A DNA stretch of 39,587 nucleotides, taken from Candidatus Omnitrophota bacterium (lineage in GTDB: Bacteria; Omnitrophota; Gorgyraeia; Gygaellales; Profunditerraquicolaceae). A program made the translations under genes and the position numbers. Shown here piece after piece: positions 8,833-18,671 of this stretch. The notes below the pieces were generated by a model. It was not told the origin of the DNA and did not search any database. It was given only the letters and a program-made list of their open reading frames with translations. Numbering within the stretch: position 1 is the stretch's first letter; every line of letters starts with the position of its first letter. Location: NCBI GenBank assembly GCA_040754615.1, contig JBFMBZ010000051.1:1-39587 (forward strand), in the 5' to 3' direction.

Positions 8833-10199
8833 AAGCAACTTCCGGGAAGTTAATATCTGCAAATTGTAATGCAGAAATCCGGGGGATTTCTATTGACTCC
8901 CGGACAATAAAGCCAAAAGAGGCCTTCCTGGCGATTAAGGGAAATAATTTCGACGGCCATAATTTTATTGATGAGGCGCTAAAGAGGGGGGCCTCGCTTT
9001 TAATTACAAAACCACAAGGCCGCAAGGCCACCTGCCTATCCGGCAGGCGGGCAAAGCCACAAGCCAAAATTCCGGTTATAACAGTGGATGATACTGTAAA
9101 GGCCCTGGGTGATATTGCCCGATTTTATCGGCAGAGATTGGATACCCCGGTAATTGCCGTTACCGGAAGCAACGGTAAGACTACTACCAAAGAAATGATT
9201 GCCTGGGTGCTCCAAGCTAAGTTCGGGGTGCTTAAAAATGAAGGGACAAAAAATAACAATATAGGCCTGCCTATGGCCCTTTTGAACCCGAATAAGGACC
9301 ATGATATCGCGGTGCTTGAAATAGGGACAAACCATCCGGGAGAGGTGGCAAACCTTGCCAGCATATGCCAGCCGAATATAGGCGTAATCACAAATATCGG
9401 GCCTGCGCACCTCGAATATTTCAAAAGCCTGAAGAACGTATTCGCTGAAAAATATTCTCTCATAGGGCACCTGAAAGGGCCGCGCATTGCCGTATTGAAT
9501 GCCGATGACCCCTTTCTTAAGAAAAAAATATGCCAAAAAACCAAAAGGGCCGTTATCTTTGGTTTTGGCGTAAAAGAAAAAAGCGACTTTTCCGCTACGC
9601 AGGCAAAGTTTTTAAGCAGGCAGCTGCGCTTTCGGGTAAACAAAGCGGGCGGATTCAGGCTGAAATCACCGGGCCGTTTCTATATTTACAATTGCCTGAT
9701 TGCCGTAGCGATTGGCCGTATCTTCGGAATGGGTTATGATGAAATCGCCAAACGCCTCGCATCCTTTAAATTTCCCTCAGGAAGATTAAACTTTTTTGCA
9801 GCCGGCAGGATAAATTTCATTGACGACACTTATAATTCCAATCCCCTTTCTTTAGGGAAGGCCTTAGAGACGCTGCGCTGCCTTAAGTCGGCAGGAAATA
9901 AGATATTTGTGATGGGCGACATGATGGAGCTGGGGGAGGGCAAGGAGGATTTTCACCGGCAGGCAGCTAAGGAGATTGCCAGTTCCTGCGATAAGTTTAT
10001 TGCTGTCGGCTCTTTATCCAGGCTCGCCGCCGAAGAGTCCTTGAGGCTTGGTTTTGATGCCGCAAATATTTTTACCTGCGAAACCATAAAGGAAGCAAAG
10101 GATATTTTGTTTAATAAGCTTTGCCCGGGCCGGGCGGATATCGTCCTGGTTAAAGGCTCCCGGGCCATGAAAATGGAAGAGGTATTCAATAAGCCTTAA
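8808..10199 (+). CDS. murF: UDP-MurNAc-tripeptide:D-Ala-D-Ala ligase
   Basis: ISIDSR, AVTGSNGKTTTKE, NNNIGLP, DDTYNSNP and LVKGSR motifs. Confidence 0.96.
   Translation: MFKISELLKATSGKLISANCNAEIRGISIDSRTIKPKEAFLAIKGNNFDGHNFIDEALKRGASLLITKPQGRKATCLSGRRAKPQAKIPVITVDDTVKALGDIARFYRQRLDTPVIAVTGSNGKTTTKEMIAWVLQAKFGVLKNEGTKNNNIGLPMALLNPNKDHDIAVLEIGTNHPGEVANLASICQPNIGVITNIGPAHLEYFKSLKNVFAEKYSLIGHLKGPRIAVLNADDPFLKKKICQKTKRAVIFGFGVKEKSDFSATQAKFLSRQLRFRVNKAGGFRLKSPGRFYIYNCLIAVAIGRIFGMGYDEIAKRLASFKFPSGRLNFFAAGRINFIDDTYNSNPLSLGKALETLRCLKSAGNKIFVMGDMMELGEGKEDFHRQAAKEIASSCDKFIAVGSLSRLAAEESLRLGFDAANIFTCETIKEAKDILFNKLCPGRADIVLVKGSRAMKMEEVFNKP
9003..9063 (+). repeat. 8-bp tandem repeat (GCCACAAG-like) with nested 21-nt palindromic insert in murF
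   Basis: ATTACAAA ACCACAAG GCCGCAAG GCCAC[CTGCCTATCCGGCAGGCGGGC]AAA GCCACAAG; stem CCTGCC/GGCAGG at 9031-9047. Confidence 0.8.
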
Positions 10200-10207
10200 A
10201 TAAACCG

Positions 10208-11296
10208 ATGCTGTATCATCTCTTATATCCCCTGCATTCCACCATTTCCGCATTAAATATATTCCGTTACATCACGTTTCGTTCCGCCATGGCTGCCTTG
10301 ACTGCTTTTCTGGTAAGCCTTATCCTGGGGCCTTATGTCATAAGAAAGTTAAAAAGCTTAAAAGTAGGGGAAAATATCAGAAAAGAAGACAGCGTCCGGC
10401 TCCATCAGTTGCACAGCAGTAAACAGGATACGCCGACAATGGGGGGGATACTGATATTATTTGCGGTTATTTTCTCTACCCTCCTCTGGTCGGATATATT
10501 TAACAAGTACATAAGAGTGGTTTTATTCAGCACTCTATGGCTCGGTTTGACCGGGTTTTTAGATGACTACCTGAAGCAGGTGAAAAAGAAATCAAAGGGC
10601 CTTACGGCTTCGGCAAAGCTCATCAGCCAGATTGCGCTGGGGTTAATATTGGGGATTTATTTGTTCCTCCAGCCGGAAAACAATATTAAGCTTGACATCC
10701 CTTTCTTAAAGAGTACTGCCTTTAACCTGGACGGGTTTTATATCTTATTCGTCATCATGGTAATCGCCGGTTCATCGAACGCCGTTAATCTTACGGACGG
10801 CCTTGACGGCCTGGCAATAGGGATAGTGGTAATGGTGGCTATTGCGTTCAGCTTGCTTTGTTACGTTTCCGGAAATTTGAACTTCAGTAACTATCTTTTA
10901 ATCCCGTATATTAAAGGAAGCGGAGAATTGACGGTTTTTTGCGCAAGTATCCTGGGAGCCGGATTAGGCTTTCTCTGGTTCAATTGTTTTCCTGCTACAA
11001 TTTTCATGGGAGACGTCGGCTCTCTTGCCCTGGGAGGCGCAATCGGAACCGTAGCCTTGTTGATAAAAAAAGAACTCCTCCTGGTCATAGTGGGAGGTAT
11101 TTTTGTTTTAGAGGCATTATCCGTGATCTTGCAGGTAGGAAGCTTTCGTTTATTCAAAAAACGCGTTTTCAAGATTGCCCCCTTACACCATCATTTCCAG
11201 TTTTTGAATTGGCCGGAAAACAAGGTCATAGTAAGATTCTGGATTATTGCCAGCCTCCTGGCGCTGCTTACTTTGGTTACTCTTAAAGTCAGGTAG
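10208..11296 (+). CDS. mraY: Phospho-MurNAc-pentapeptide transferase
   Basis: TPTMGG, GFLDD, NAVNLTDGLDGLA, FMGDVGS and APLHHHF motifs. Confidence 0.97.
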   Translation: MLYHLLYPLHSTISALNIFRYITFRSAMAALTAFLVSLILGPYVIRKLKSLKVGENIRKEDSVRLHQLHSSKQDTPTMGGILILFAVIFSTLLWSDIFNKYIRVVLFSTLWLGLTGFLDDYLKQVKKKSKGLTASAKLISQIALGLILGIYLFLQPENNIKLDIPFLKSTAFNLDGFYILFVIMVIAGSSNAVNLTDGLDGLAIGIVVMVAIAFSLLCYVSGNLNFSNYLLIPYIKGSGELTVFCASILGAGLGFLWFNCFPATIFMGDVGSLALGGAIGTVALLIKKELLLVIVGGIFVLEALSVILQVGSFRLFKKRVFKIAPLHHHFQFLNWPENKVIVRFWIIASLLALLTLVTLKVR

Positions 11297-11324
11297 GATT
11301 ATCGGTACATATACCAGCTTTATT

Positions 11325-12599
11325 ATGCGTAACAGGGAATTTTTTAAGAATAAGAAAGTTACAGTCATCGGCCTTGCCCGTTCAGGCTCCTCTTGCGTAA
11401 ATCTGCTTCATGAACTCGGCGCCGAGGTAAGCGTAAGCGATGCGGCGCGTAATCCCTCTACGGTTGAAAATTCGCTTGGGATTAAATCCAAAGAAATCAA
11501 AGTGGAATTGGGAGGCCATACCCCTTCTTTTATTAAAGGAAGAGACCTGGTTGTCCTTTCTCCGGGCGTTGCCTTTGATGCTCCTCCGGTTACCTGGGCA
11601 AAAGATTACGGCATACCATTAATAGGGGAAATCGAGCTAAGCTGGATCTTATGCCCGGCTACAATTATTGCCGTAACGGGCTCTTGCGGCAAGACTACCG
11701 TCACTACGCTCCTCGGGAGGGCGCTTGAGGCAGCCGGAAAAAAGGCGTTTGTCTGCGGGAATATCGGGAAGCCGTTTTCTCAGGAAGTAAGCAAGATGCA
11801 GGAGGGGGATTTTGTTTGCCTTGAGGTCAGCTCATTTCAGTTAGAGGCCATACAGGACTTTAAGCCTAAGGCAGCCCTTATACTTAATATTTCCCCAAAC
11901 CATCTTGACAGGTACAAAAATATGCAGGAATATATAGACGCAAAGAAGCGCATATTTATGAATCAGGATAATTCTGATTTCCTGGTTTTAAATAAAGAAG
12001 ACCCGTGCGTATCAAAATTTGCCCAAGAAACAAAGGCGCGCGTACTTTATTTTAAAAGCGAAAAAGGGTTGAATCCCAATCAAGCAGCCGTTATTTCGGC
12101 GGTCACAGCTCTGGGCATTGAGCGAGCCTTTGCCCAGGAAGCCTTTAAAAACTTCACCGGCATTGAGCACCGCCTGGAGTTTGCCGGAAGGGTAAATAAC
12201 ATAAAATTTATCAATGATTCAAAAGCGACTACGGTAGATTCCTGCCTTTGGGCCCTGAGGAATGTCAGTGAGCCGGTCGTCCTTATCGCCGGAGGCAAGG
12301 ATAAAGGGGTTGATTATAGCGCTATTCTTGCTGCAGCCAAAGGGAAGATAAGGGAAGTGGTCTTGATTGGCCAGGCACGGGAAAAGATAAGGCAGGCGTT
12401 AAAAGGCAGCCTCCCTGTTCAAGAGGCTCCCACTTTAGAAGAGGCAGTAAAAATTGCCTACCGTAATTCCAGGCCGGGTGACTGTGTTTTGCTTTCTCCG
12501 ATGTGTTCCAGCTTTGACATGTTTTCAAATTACGAGGAGAGAGGGGAGTGTTTTAAGAGGGCGGTAGGCGAGTTGATGAGGGATACAAATGACCCGTAA
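11325..12599 (+). CDS. murD: UDP-MurNAc-L-Ala:D-Glu ligase
   Basis: GLARSG, VLSPG, TGSCGKTT, LEVSSFQL, NDSKATT and SPMCSSFD motifs. Start moved to ATG 11325 because the track start overlaps mraY. Confidence 0.93.
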   Translation: MRNREFFKNKKVTVIGLARSGSSCVNLLHELGAEVSVSDAARNPSTVENSLGIKSKEIKVELGGHTPSFIKGRDLVVLSPGVAFDAPPVTWAKDYGIPLIGEIELSWILCPATIIAVTGSCGKTTVTTLLGRALEAAGKKAFVCGNIGKPFSQEVSKMQEGDFVCLEVSSFQLEAIQDFKPKAALILNISPNHLDRYKNMQEYIDAKKRIFMNQDNSDFLVLNKEDPCVSKFAQETKARVLYFKSEKGLNPNQAAVISAVTALGIERAFAQEAFKNFTGIEHRLEFAGRVNNIKFINDSKATTVDSCLWALRNVSEPVVLIAGGKDKGVDYSAILAAAKGKIREVVLIGQAREKIRQALKGSLPVQEAPTLEEAVKIAYRNSRPGDCVLLSPMCSSFDMFSNYEERGECFKRAVGELMRDTNDP

Positions 12600-13683
12600 T
12601 ATAAGAATAAACTTGTTAGTAACGGCTTCATTCCTGATCTGCATAGGTATAGTCTGGATATATAGCGCCTCCAGTATTTATGCGCTGGAGAAATACAACG
12701 ACAGCCTCTTTTTCCTTAAAAGGCATTTGTGTTTTTTGATAATCGGAGTTATCCTTACCTTCATTGTGATGAGCATTGATTATAGAACCTTAAAGAAGTT
12801 CTCAAAGCCCCTGCTTATATTTTCTTTGTTTTTATTGGTGCTGGTCCTTGTGCCCGGCCTCGGCAGGGAGGTTTCAGGAGCGCGCCGGTGGTTCAGGTTT
12901 AAATTCCTCAGTTTTCAGCCTTCGGAGCTGGCAAGCCTTGCAGTTATCGTTTATGCCGCGGATTTTATCAGCCGTAACAGCAATGTGATGAAGCAGTTTC
13001 TAAGAGGGTTTGTCCCCGTGATTTGCGTCTTGGGGGTAAGCAGCCTGTTTATACTTTTACAGCCGGATTTGGGCACTACCCTTGCTCTGGGCGTAGTGGT
13101 GATGGTTATGCTGTTTGTAGCCGGATGCCGCAGGCTCCATCTTTTATCCCTGATATTCTCCAGCATCCCGCTACTTTTGGTTTTGATCTTAAGCGTTCCA
13201 TACAGGAGGATGCGCATCCTTGCTTTTTTAAACCCCTGGCTTGACCCGAAGGGGAGCGGTTTCCAGATTATACAGTCACAGGTTGCCCTGGGCTCAGGGG
13301 GAATATTCGGCACGGGGTTAGGCAATTCAAAACAAAAGTTATTTTACCTGCCCGCAGCGCATACGGATTTTATTTTTTCGATTATAGGAGAGGAAGTCGG
13401 GCTCTTAGGTACCCTGGGGGTGATAATTTTATTTATCTTTTTAGTGCAGCAGGGGATAAAGGTCGTAAAAAGCGCTCCGGATAAATTCGGGTATTTTCTT
13501 TCCCTGGGGCTGGTTACCATGATTTCGCTTAAGGCGGTAATCAATATCGGGGTCTCTTGCGGGCTCTTCCCCACAAAGGGCCTGCCCCTTCCATTTATTA
13601 GTTATGGCGGGTCATCGCTTATTTTCGATATGGTCAGCATTGGCTTAATTATGAATGTCGCCCGCACCGGAGAATATCCATGA
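12589..13683 (+). CDS. ftsW: SEDS peptidoglycan glycosyltransferase FtsW
   Basis: GARRW, FQPSE, LQPDLG, YLPAAHTDFIF and LPFISYGGSS motifs; dcw position. Confidence 0.96.
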   Translation: MTRNIRINLLVTASFLICIGIVWIYSASSIYALEKYNDSLFFLKRHLCFLIIGVILTFIVMSIDYRTLKKFSKPLLIFSLFLLVLVLVPGLGREVSGARRWFRFKFLSFQPSELASLAVIVYAADFISRNSNVMKQFLRGFVPVICVLGVSSLFILLQPDLGTTLALGVVVMVMLFVAGCRRLHLLSLIFSSIPLLLVLILSVPYRRMRILAFLNPWLDPKGSGFQIIQSQVALGSGGIFGTGLGNSKQKLFYLPAAHTDFIFSIIGEEVGLLGTLGVIILFIFLVQQGIKVVKSAPDKFGYFLSLGLVTMISLKAVINIGVSCGLFPTKGLPLPFISYGGSSLIFDMVSIGLIMNVARTGEYP

Positions 13684-14762
13684 GGGTCCTGATAGCTACC
13701 GGTTCGAGCGGCGGCCATATCTTTCCGGCGCTTAGCCTCTTTGAGGCCTTAAAAAGCAAGGATGCTAAGATTGAGCTTAGGCTGGTACTTCCCCAAAGGG
13801 CAAAACTGAGCTATGCTTTATTTCCTGATTTTAAAGAGATAAGGTATATTTCAACCGCGCCCCTTAAGCTCAAGGCGGATACTCAGAATCTCTTTGCCTT
13901 GTTCAGATTTTTGAAAGGCGCATTGCAAAGCCTGAATATCCTGCTGGAATTTAATCCGGATGTAGTAGTAGGTTTCGGCACCCTTGATTGCCTGGCGATA
14001 ATATTCTTCTCATGGCTCTTCAGGATAAAGACATTAATCCATGAGCAAAATGTGCTCCCCGGCCGTGCGAATATGTTTTTATCCAGGTTCTGCGATAAGA
14101 TTGCGGTTTCCTTCCCGGAAACAAAAAAGTATTTTAATGTCAGCCCGGAAAAAATAGTCCATACCGGAAACCCTCTGCGCAGGGAATTGCAGGGTATTGA
14201 CAGGCAGAGCGCCTTAAGGTTCTTCGGGCTAAATGAGGGCCTATTTACTATTCTGGTTATGGGCGGCAGCCAGGGGAGCGCCAGCATAAACAGGATTATC
14301 CCGCAGGCGCTTTCAATGTTGGAAGCACATGCGCACTTACAGGTAATCCATTTAACCGGCCAGAAGGATTACGATAAAACAATGAACTTTTACTCCGGAT
14401 TAAAAATTACGGTCAGCCTCTCCACATTTTTAGAGAAGATGCATTATGCCTATTCTGCCTCTGATATCGCGGTATCCAGGGCTGGAGCGACTACTATTGC
14501 AGAGTTAATGCACTTTAGGGTCCCCTCAATATTAATCCCTTACCCTTTTGCTTATAAGCATCAATCCCTCAACGCCACGGTCCTTAAAGAGCATAACGCT
14601 GCCGTGATTATCGAGGAAGAAAGGCTAAAACCGGAGAATTTCAAGGAAACGCTGGAGTCATTCATAAATAATCCCAATAAACTGCAGCAGATGCGCCAGG
14701 CACTGGATGGGCTTTATCTTGAAGGCGCAGCCACGCGCCTGGTAAACGAGGTTCTCGGGTGA
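13680..14762 (+). CDS. murG: Lipid II GlcNAc transferase
   Basis: GSSGGHIFPA, HEQN, TGNPLR, GGSQG, SRAGATT and HQSLNA motifs. Confidence 0.96.
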   Translation: MRVLIATGSSGGHIFPALSLFEALKSKDAKIELRLVLPQRAKLSYALFPDFKEIRYISTAPLKLKADTQNLFALFRFLKGALQSLNILLEFNPDVVVGFGTLDCLAIIFFSWLFRIKTLIHEQNVLPGRANMFLSRFCDKIAVSFPETKKYFNVSPEKIVHTGNPLRRELQGIDRQSALRFFGLNEGLFTILVMGGSQGSASINRIIPQALSMLEAHAHLQVIHLTGQKDYDKTMNFYSGLKITVSLSTFLEKMHYAYSASDIAVSRAGATTIAELMHFRVPSILIPYPFAYKHQSLNATVLKEHNAAVIIEEERLKPENFKETLESFINNPNKLQQMRQALDGLYLEGAATRLVNEVLG

Positions 14763-16117
14763 AGAAGCATTACTATTTTATCGGAATCGGAGGCATAGGG
14801 ATGAGCGGCATTGCCAAACTACTCTTACGTAGCGGACAAAAGGTGAGCGGCTCGGACCTTAAGGAGAGCGAAATTACCCGGGAATTAAAGCTTTTGGGGG
14901 CAAATATCTTTATCGGCCATAAAGCGCAGAATTTAAACAGCGTGGATTGCATAGTTTATTCTTCGGCAATAAGCGAAGATAACCCCGAGATGATTGAAGC
15001 AAAAAAACGCCATTTGCCTATCCTTAAGCGCGCCGAGGCGCTGGCAGGGCTGATGCAGGAGAAAACCGTGATTACTATTGCCGGCAGCCACGGAAAGACT
15101 ACTACCGCTTCTTTAGCGTCTCTTCTTCTGTTAGAGGCAGGCTTATCGCCTACTGTGGCCGTAGGGGGGATCCTGCAGAATATCGATACCAACGCTTCTT
15201 TAGGCAAAGGCGATTTTTTCGTAGCCGAAGCAGATGAATCTGACGGCTCCTTCCTGTATTATCAGCCCAGGTATTCCATAGTTACCAATATTGACTTCGA
15301 GCATTTGGATTTTTACAAAGAATTTTCAAATGAGCTGGCGGCGTTCAAAGAGTTCATTAATAAAACAGAAGACGGCGGTTGCATCTTTGCCTGTAAGGAC
15401 GATACAAATCTGCAAAGCATTTTAAAAGGATGCGACAAAAGGCATCTTTTTTTCGGTCTGGATGCGTCTGCGGATATATACCCTAAGGATATCGTAATAA
15501 ACGGCCTCACTTCTGAATTTATATGCTGCTTGCGGGATAAAGATATAGGGAGGTTCCATCTTGCTTTAGGCGGGAGGCATAATATTTCTAATTCTTTGGC
15601 GGTGATTGCCCTGGGCCTTGAGCTGGGGATAGATTTGAAGATGATCCAGGGCACACTGGCTAGCTATAAGGGGAGCCGCCGCAGGCTACAGGTAAAACAC
15701 TCCGGAGATTACATTCTCATAGATGATTATGCGCACCATCCTACGGAAATTTCTGCAACGCTCCAGGCGATAAAAAATTTAAATCCCAAGAGGATTATCG
15801 CCCTTTTTCAGCCGCATCGCTATAGCCGGACAAAATTGCTTTTGGGTGAATTCTCAAACAGCTTTGGCTTAGCCGATTACCTTATTATCACCGACATATA
15901 CCCTGCCGGGGAGAAGAATATAGAGGGCATAAGTTCCAAGAGTATATATGACAATATAAAGTTATGTTTTCCCGATAAGGAGCTTTATTGCCTGGCTAAG
16001 GAAGAGTTAGTCCCAAGGGTGCTGGGGATAATCAGGCCCGGAGACCTGGTAATCACGTTAGGCGCGGGAGATATTACAAAAGTATCCGATGAACTGGCCG
16101 AAAGATTTAAGGGATAA
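14759..16117 (+). CDS. murC: UDP-MurNAc:L-Ala ligase
   Basis: GIGGIGMSG, GSHGKTT, EADESD, DDYAHHPTEI and FQPHRYSR motifs. Confidence 0.97.
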   Translation: MKKHYYFIGIGGIGMSGIAKLLLRSGQKVSGSDLKESEITRELKLLGANIFIGHKAQNLNSVDCIVYSSAISEDNPEMIEAKKRHLPILKRAEALAGLMQEKTVITIAGSHGKTTTASLASLLLLEAGLSPTVAVGGILQNIDTNASLGKGDFFVAEADESDGSFLYYQPRYSIVTNIDFEHLDFYKEFSNELAAFKEFINKTEDGGCIFACKDDTNLQSILKGCDKRHLFFGLDASADIYPKDIVINGLTSEFICCLRDKDIGRFHLALGGRHNISNSLAVIALGLELGIDLKMIQGTLASYKGSRRRLQVKHSGDYILIDDYAHHPTEISATLQAIKNLNPKRIIALFQPHRYSRTKLLLGEFSNSFGLADYLIITDIYPAGEKNIEGISSKSIYDNIKLCFPDKELYCLAKEELVPRVLGIIRPGDLVITLGAGDITKVSDELAERFKG

Positions 16118-16970
16118 AGTAAAAGAAGGAGAAGCGTTAAAAGATAAGACTACCTTTAGGATAGGAGGCTGTGCCCGTTTCTTCGCTGAGCCGGAAAACG
16201 GACGCGAGCTCAAGGATTTGTTAATTTGTGCCAGGAAAAATAATCTTCCGGTTTTTATCCTGGGTAGCGGCAGTAACATTCTGGTCAATGATAAAGGGGT
16301 CAGGGGACTGGTCCTGAGGTTGAATTCTCCCTTTTTTAGAAAAATAAAGTGCCAAAGAAATTTTATTGAATCAGCATCCGGAGTCAAAATAAAAGAACTG
16401 ATACTGAAATCTTATAATAATGGTTTGTCAGGTTTTGAGTTTTTGGCCGGTATACCGGGCACAACCGCAGGGGCGCTTGCCATGAATGCCGGCTCCTGGG
16501 GCAGGAGCATAGGGGAATTGGCAGAAGAAGTAAAGGTGATGGACTATTCCGGCAGGGAGAAACTTATTAAGAAAAAGGGCATTAGGTTTGGATACCGTAA
16601 TTCCAGCCTTTCTAAATACATTATTTTGGGCGCGCGTTTCAAATTAAACAAAGAAAAGAAGGCGAAGATTAAAGAAAATATCAGCGGATTCCTCGCGCGG
16701 CGTTTTCAAATGCAGGACCTATCCTTTCCTAACGCAGGCTGCATATTCAGAAATCCGCCTCAAGAGCATGCAGGCAGGTTGATAGACCTTTGTGGGTTAA
16801 AAGGAAAGAAGGCGGGAGGAGCGGTTATCTCTAGCAAGCATGGGAATTTCATCCTCAATAAAGGCCAGGCTTCTTGCTCAGATGTTTTAAGCCTGATGAA
16901 TTTGGCAAAAAAAAAGGTAAAGAAGAAATTTAATATCAGCCTTGCTCCCGAGATAAAGATATGGCGATAG
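16089..16970 (+). CDS. murB: UDP-N-acetylenolpyruvoylglucosamine reductase
   Basis: TFRIGG, GSGSNIL, GIPGT..GA..MNAG, FGYRNS, AGCIFRNP and KHGNFI motifs. Confidence 0.96.
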   Translation: MNWPKDLRDKVKEGEALKDKTTFRIGGCARFFAEPENGRELKDLLICARKNNLPVFILGSGSNILVNDKGVRGLVLRLNSPFFRKIKCQRNFIESASGVKIKELILKSYNNGLSGFEFLAGIPGTTAGALAMNAGSWGRSIGELAEEVKVMDYSGREKLIKKKGIRFGYRNSSLSKYIILGARFKLNKEKKAKIKENISGFLARRFQMQDLSFPNAGCIFRNPPQEHAGRLIDLCGLKGKKAGGAVISSKHGNFILNKGQASCSDVLSLMNLAKKKVKKKFNISLAPEIKIWR

Positions 16971-17911
16971 GGGTTAAAAATTTTGGCAAGATCGGCGTGC
17001 TGATGGGAGGGCCCTCAAGCGAGAGGGAAATTTCCCTTAAATCCGGTAAGGCGGTATTGGCTGCTTTAAAAGGCTTAAGGTTAAATGCCGTAGCTGTCGA
17101 TATAAAGACGGATAATGTCAGCAGGAATTTACGCCTGTTAGAGCCTATGGGGATCAGTTGCGCTTTTTTAGCCCTGCACGGATATTTCGGGGAAGATGGC
17201 CGGATACAGGGGCTGTTAGATGCTTTAGGGATTCCTTATACTTCCTCAGGTGTTTTGGCGAGCAGCCTCGCGATGGATAAAGTGGCTTCCCGGTTAATTT
17301 TCTCGGCAAAGGGATTAAAAGTCCCCCGGTACAAGTTAATTAACGCAAGGAGCGCTTATTCTCAAGAGGGAATCCTGGAGGGGATGAAATTCCCATTGGT
17401 CATTAAGCCGGCAACTTCGGGTTCCAGTATCGGGCTGTCTATTATTGAAGACAAAAATAAGCTGATGAAGGCGATGAAATCCGCCTCTATGCATGATAAA
17501 CGGGTAATCATCGAGGAATATATAGGGGGCAGAGAGCTGACGGTCGGTATTTTGGGGAAAAGGGCCTTACCCGTAATAGAGATTATTCCCGGCAGGAAAT
17601 TCTTTGATTTCCAAGCAAAATATCATCCGGGCCTGACGCAGTATGTGGTTCCCGCCAGATTAAATAAAAGTTTATCTGAAAAAATAAAGAAAGCCGCTTT
17701 ATCAGCGCATGAGTCTTTAAGCTGCTATGGATGCTCAAGGGTAGACATCATCCTGGATAAAGCTCAAAACCCGGTTATCCTGGAAGTAAATACCATCCCC
17801 GGCCTTACCAGTACGAGCCTGCTTCCCAAGGCTTGTAAAGCAGCAGGCATAGGTTTTGAGAAATTATGCCTTAAATTAATTGACCTGGCCTATGAAAAAG
17901 AACAAGATTGA
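16961..17911 (+). CDS. ddl: D-alanine-D-alanine ligase
   Basis: GGPSSEREIS, LHGYFGEDG, GSSIG, FDFQAKY and EVNTIPG motifs. Confidence 0.96.
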   Translation: MAIGVKNFGKIGVLMGGPSSEREISLKSGKAVLAALKGLRLNAVAVDIKTDNVSRNLRLLEPMGISCAFLALHGYFGEDGRIQGLLDALGIPYTSSGVLASSLAMDKVASRLIFSAKGLKVPRYKLINARSAYSQEGILEGMKFPLVIKPATSGSSIGLSIIEDKNKLMKAMKSASMHDKRVIIEEYIGGRELTVGILGKRALPVIEIIPGRKFFDFQAKYHPGLTQYVVPARLNKSLSEKIKKAALSAHESLSCYGCSRVDIILDKAQNPVILEVNTIPGLTSTSLLPKACKAAGIGFEKLCLKLIDLAYEKEQD

Positions 17912-18671
17912 TTCAGCGGTTAAGGCGGGTTTTGTTATTTTAACCGCCTCTTTAATTATCCTTCTCCCTTTTTTTTATATCTTTCGCCGGCTTCAGAGGT
18001 CGGAATATTTCAAAATCAAGAATATCGTGGCCAGGGGCCTGAAGGCTTCCGACCTTTCCTATCTATACGGAAGCAGTTTTTTTAATGTTGATTTGGAAAA
18101 AGAGTCAGATTACATCCGCCAGTCTTTCCCGCAGTGCAGCCAGGTCAGGCTGATAAGGGTTTTCCCCAACTGTTTATTTGCCGACTGCATAAAACGCATC
18201 CCGCAGGCAATAGTAAAACTGCAGAAATATTTTTATGTTGATAAAGAAGGAGTCCTATTTTATAATTTAGGGGCGTACCAGAGGCATGACCTGCCCATGA
18301 TTTTGGGATTGGAAAACAGAATCTCTAGCCCGAAGTCCGGGAAAAAATATAATTTAACCGAGCTGTCTCTTGCGCTGGAGATAATTGAAGAAATCAGGCG
18401 GGATAAGTTTTTAAGCGCGCACCAGATTAAGAATATAGAATTAACCAGTCCCGAGGGAGCATCCGTATTTTTGTTTCCGGATAGGGTAAGCCCTTTGAAA
18501 GAGAAGGCTGTGCTTACGGCGTTAGAGGTGAAGGTCGGCAGTGAAGACATAAAGAGTAAAATCTTTATACTCTCAGGCCTGATGGAGCAGACAAAGGTGG
18601 ATCTCTCCAGAATAAAATATATAGACTTAAGGTTTAAAGAGCCGGTAATCAAATTAAAAGATGCTAAATAA
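17892..18671 (+). CDS. ftsQ: Cell division protein FtsQ/DivIB
   Basis: Short basic N-terminus, TM, POTRA-like segment (FKIKNI..RVFPN) and C-terminal YIDLRF; lies between ddl and ftsA. ATG 17892 preferred. Confidence 0.85.
   Translation: MKKNKIDSAVKAGFVILTASLIILLPFFYIFRRLQRSEYFKIKNIVARGLKASDLSYLYGSSFFNVDLEKESDYIRQSFPQCSQVRLIRVFPNCLFADCIKRIPQAIVKLQKYFYVDKEGVLFYNLGAYQRHDLPMILGLENRISSPKSGKKYNLTELSLALEIIEEIRRDKFLSAHQIKNIELTSPEGASVFLFPDRVSPLKEKAVLTALEVKVGSEDIKSKIFILSGLMEQTKVDLSRIKYIDLRFKEPVIKLKDAK

Noticed and set aside
16961-17911. ddl as a D-Ala-D-Lac (Van-type) ligase
   Set aside because: The omega-loop AKY tyrosine is retained and the gene is in its normal dcw position.
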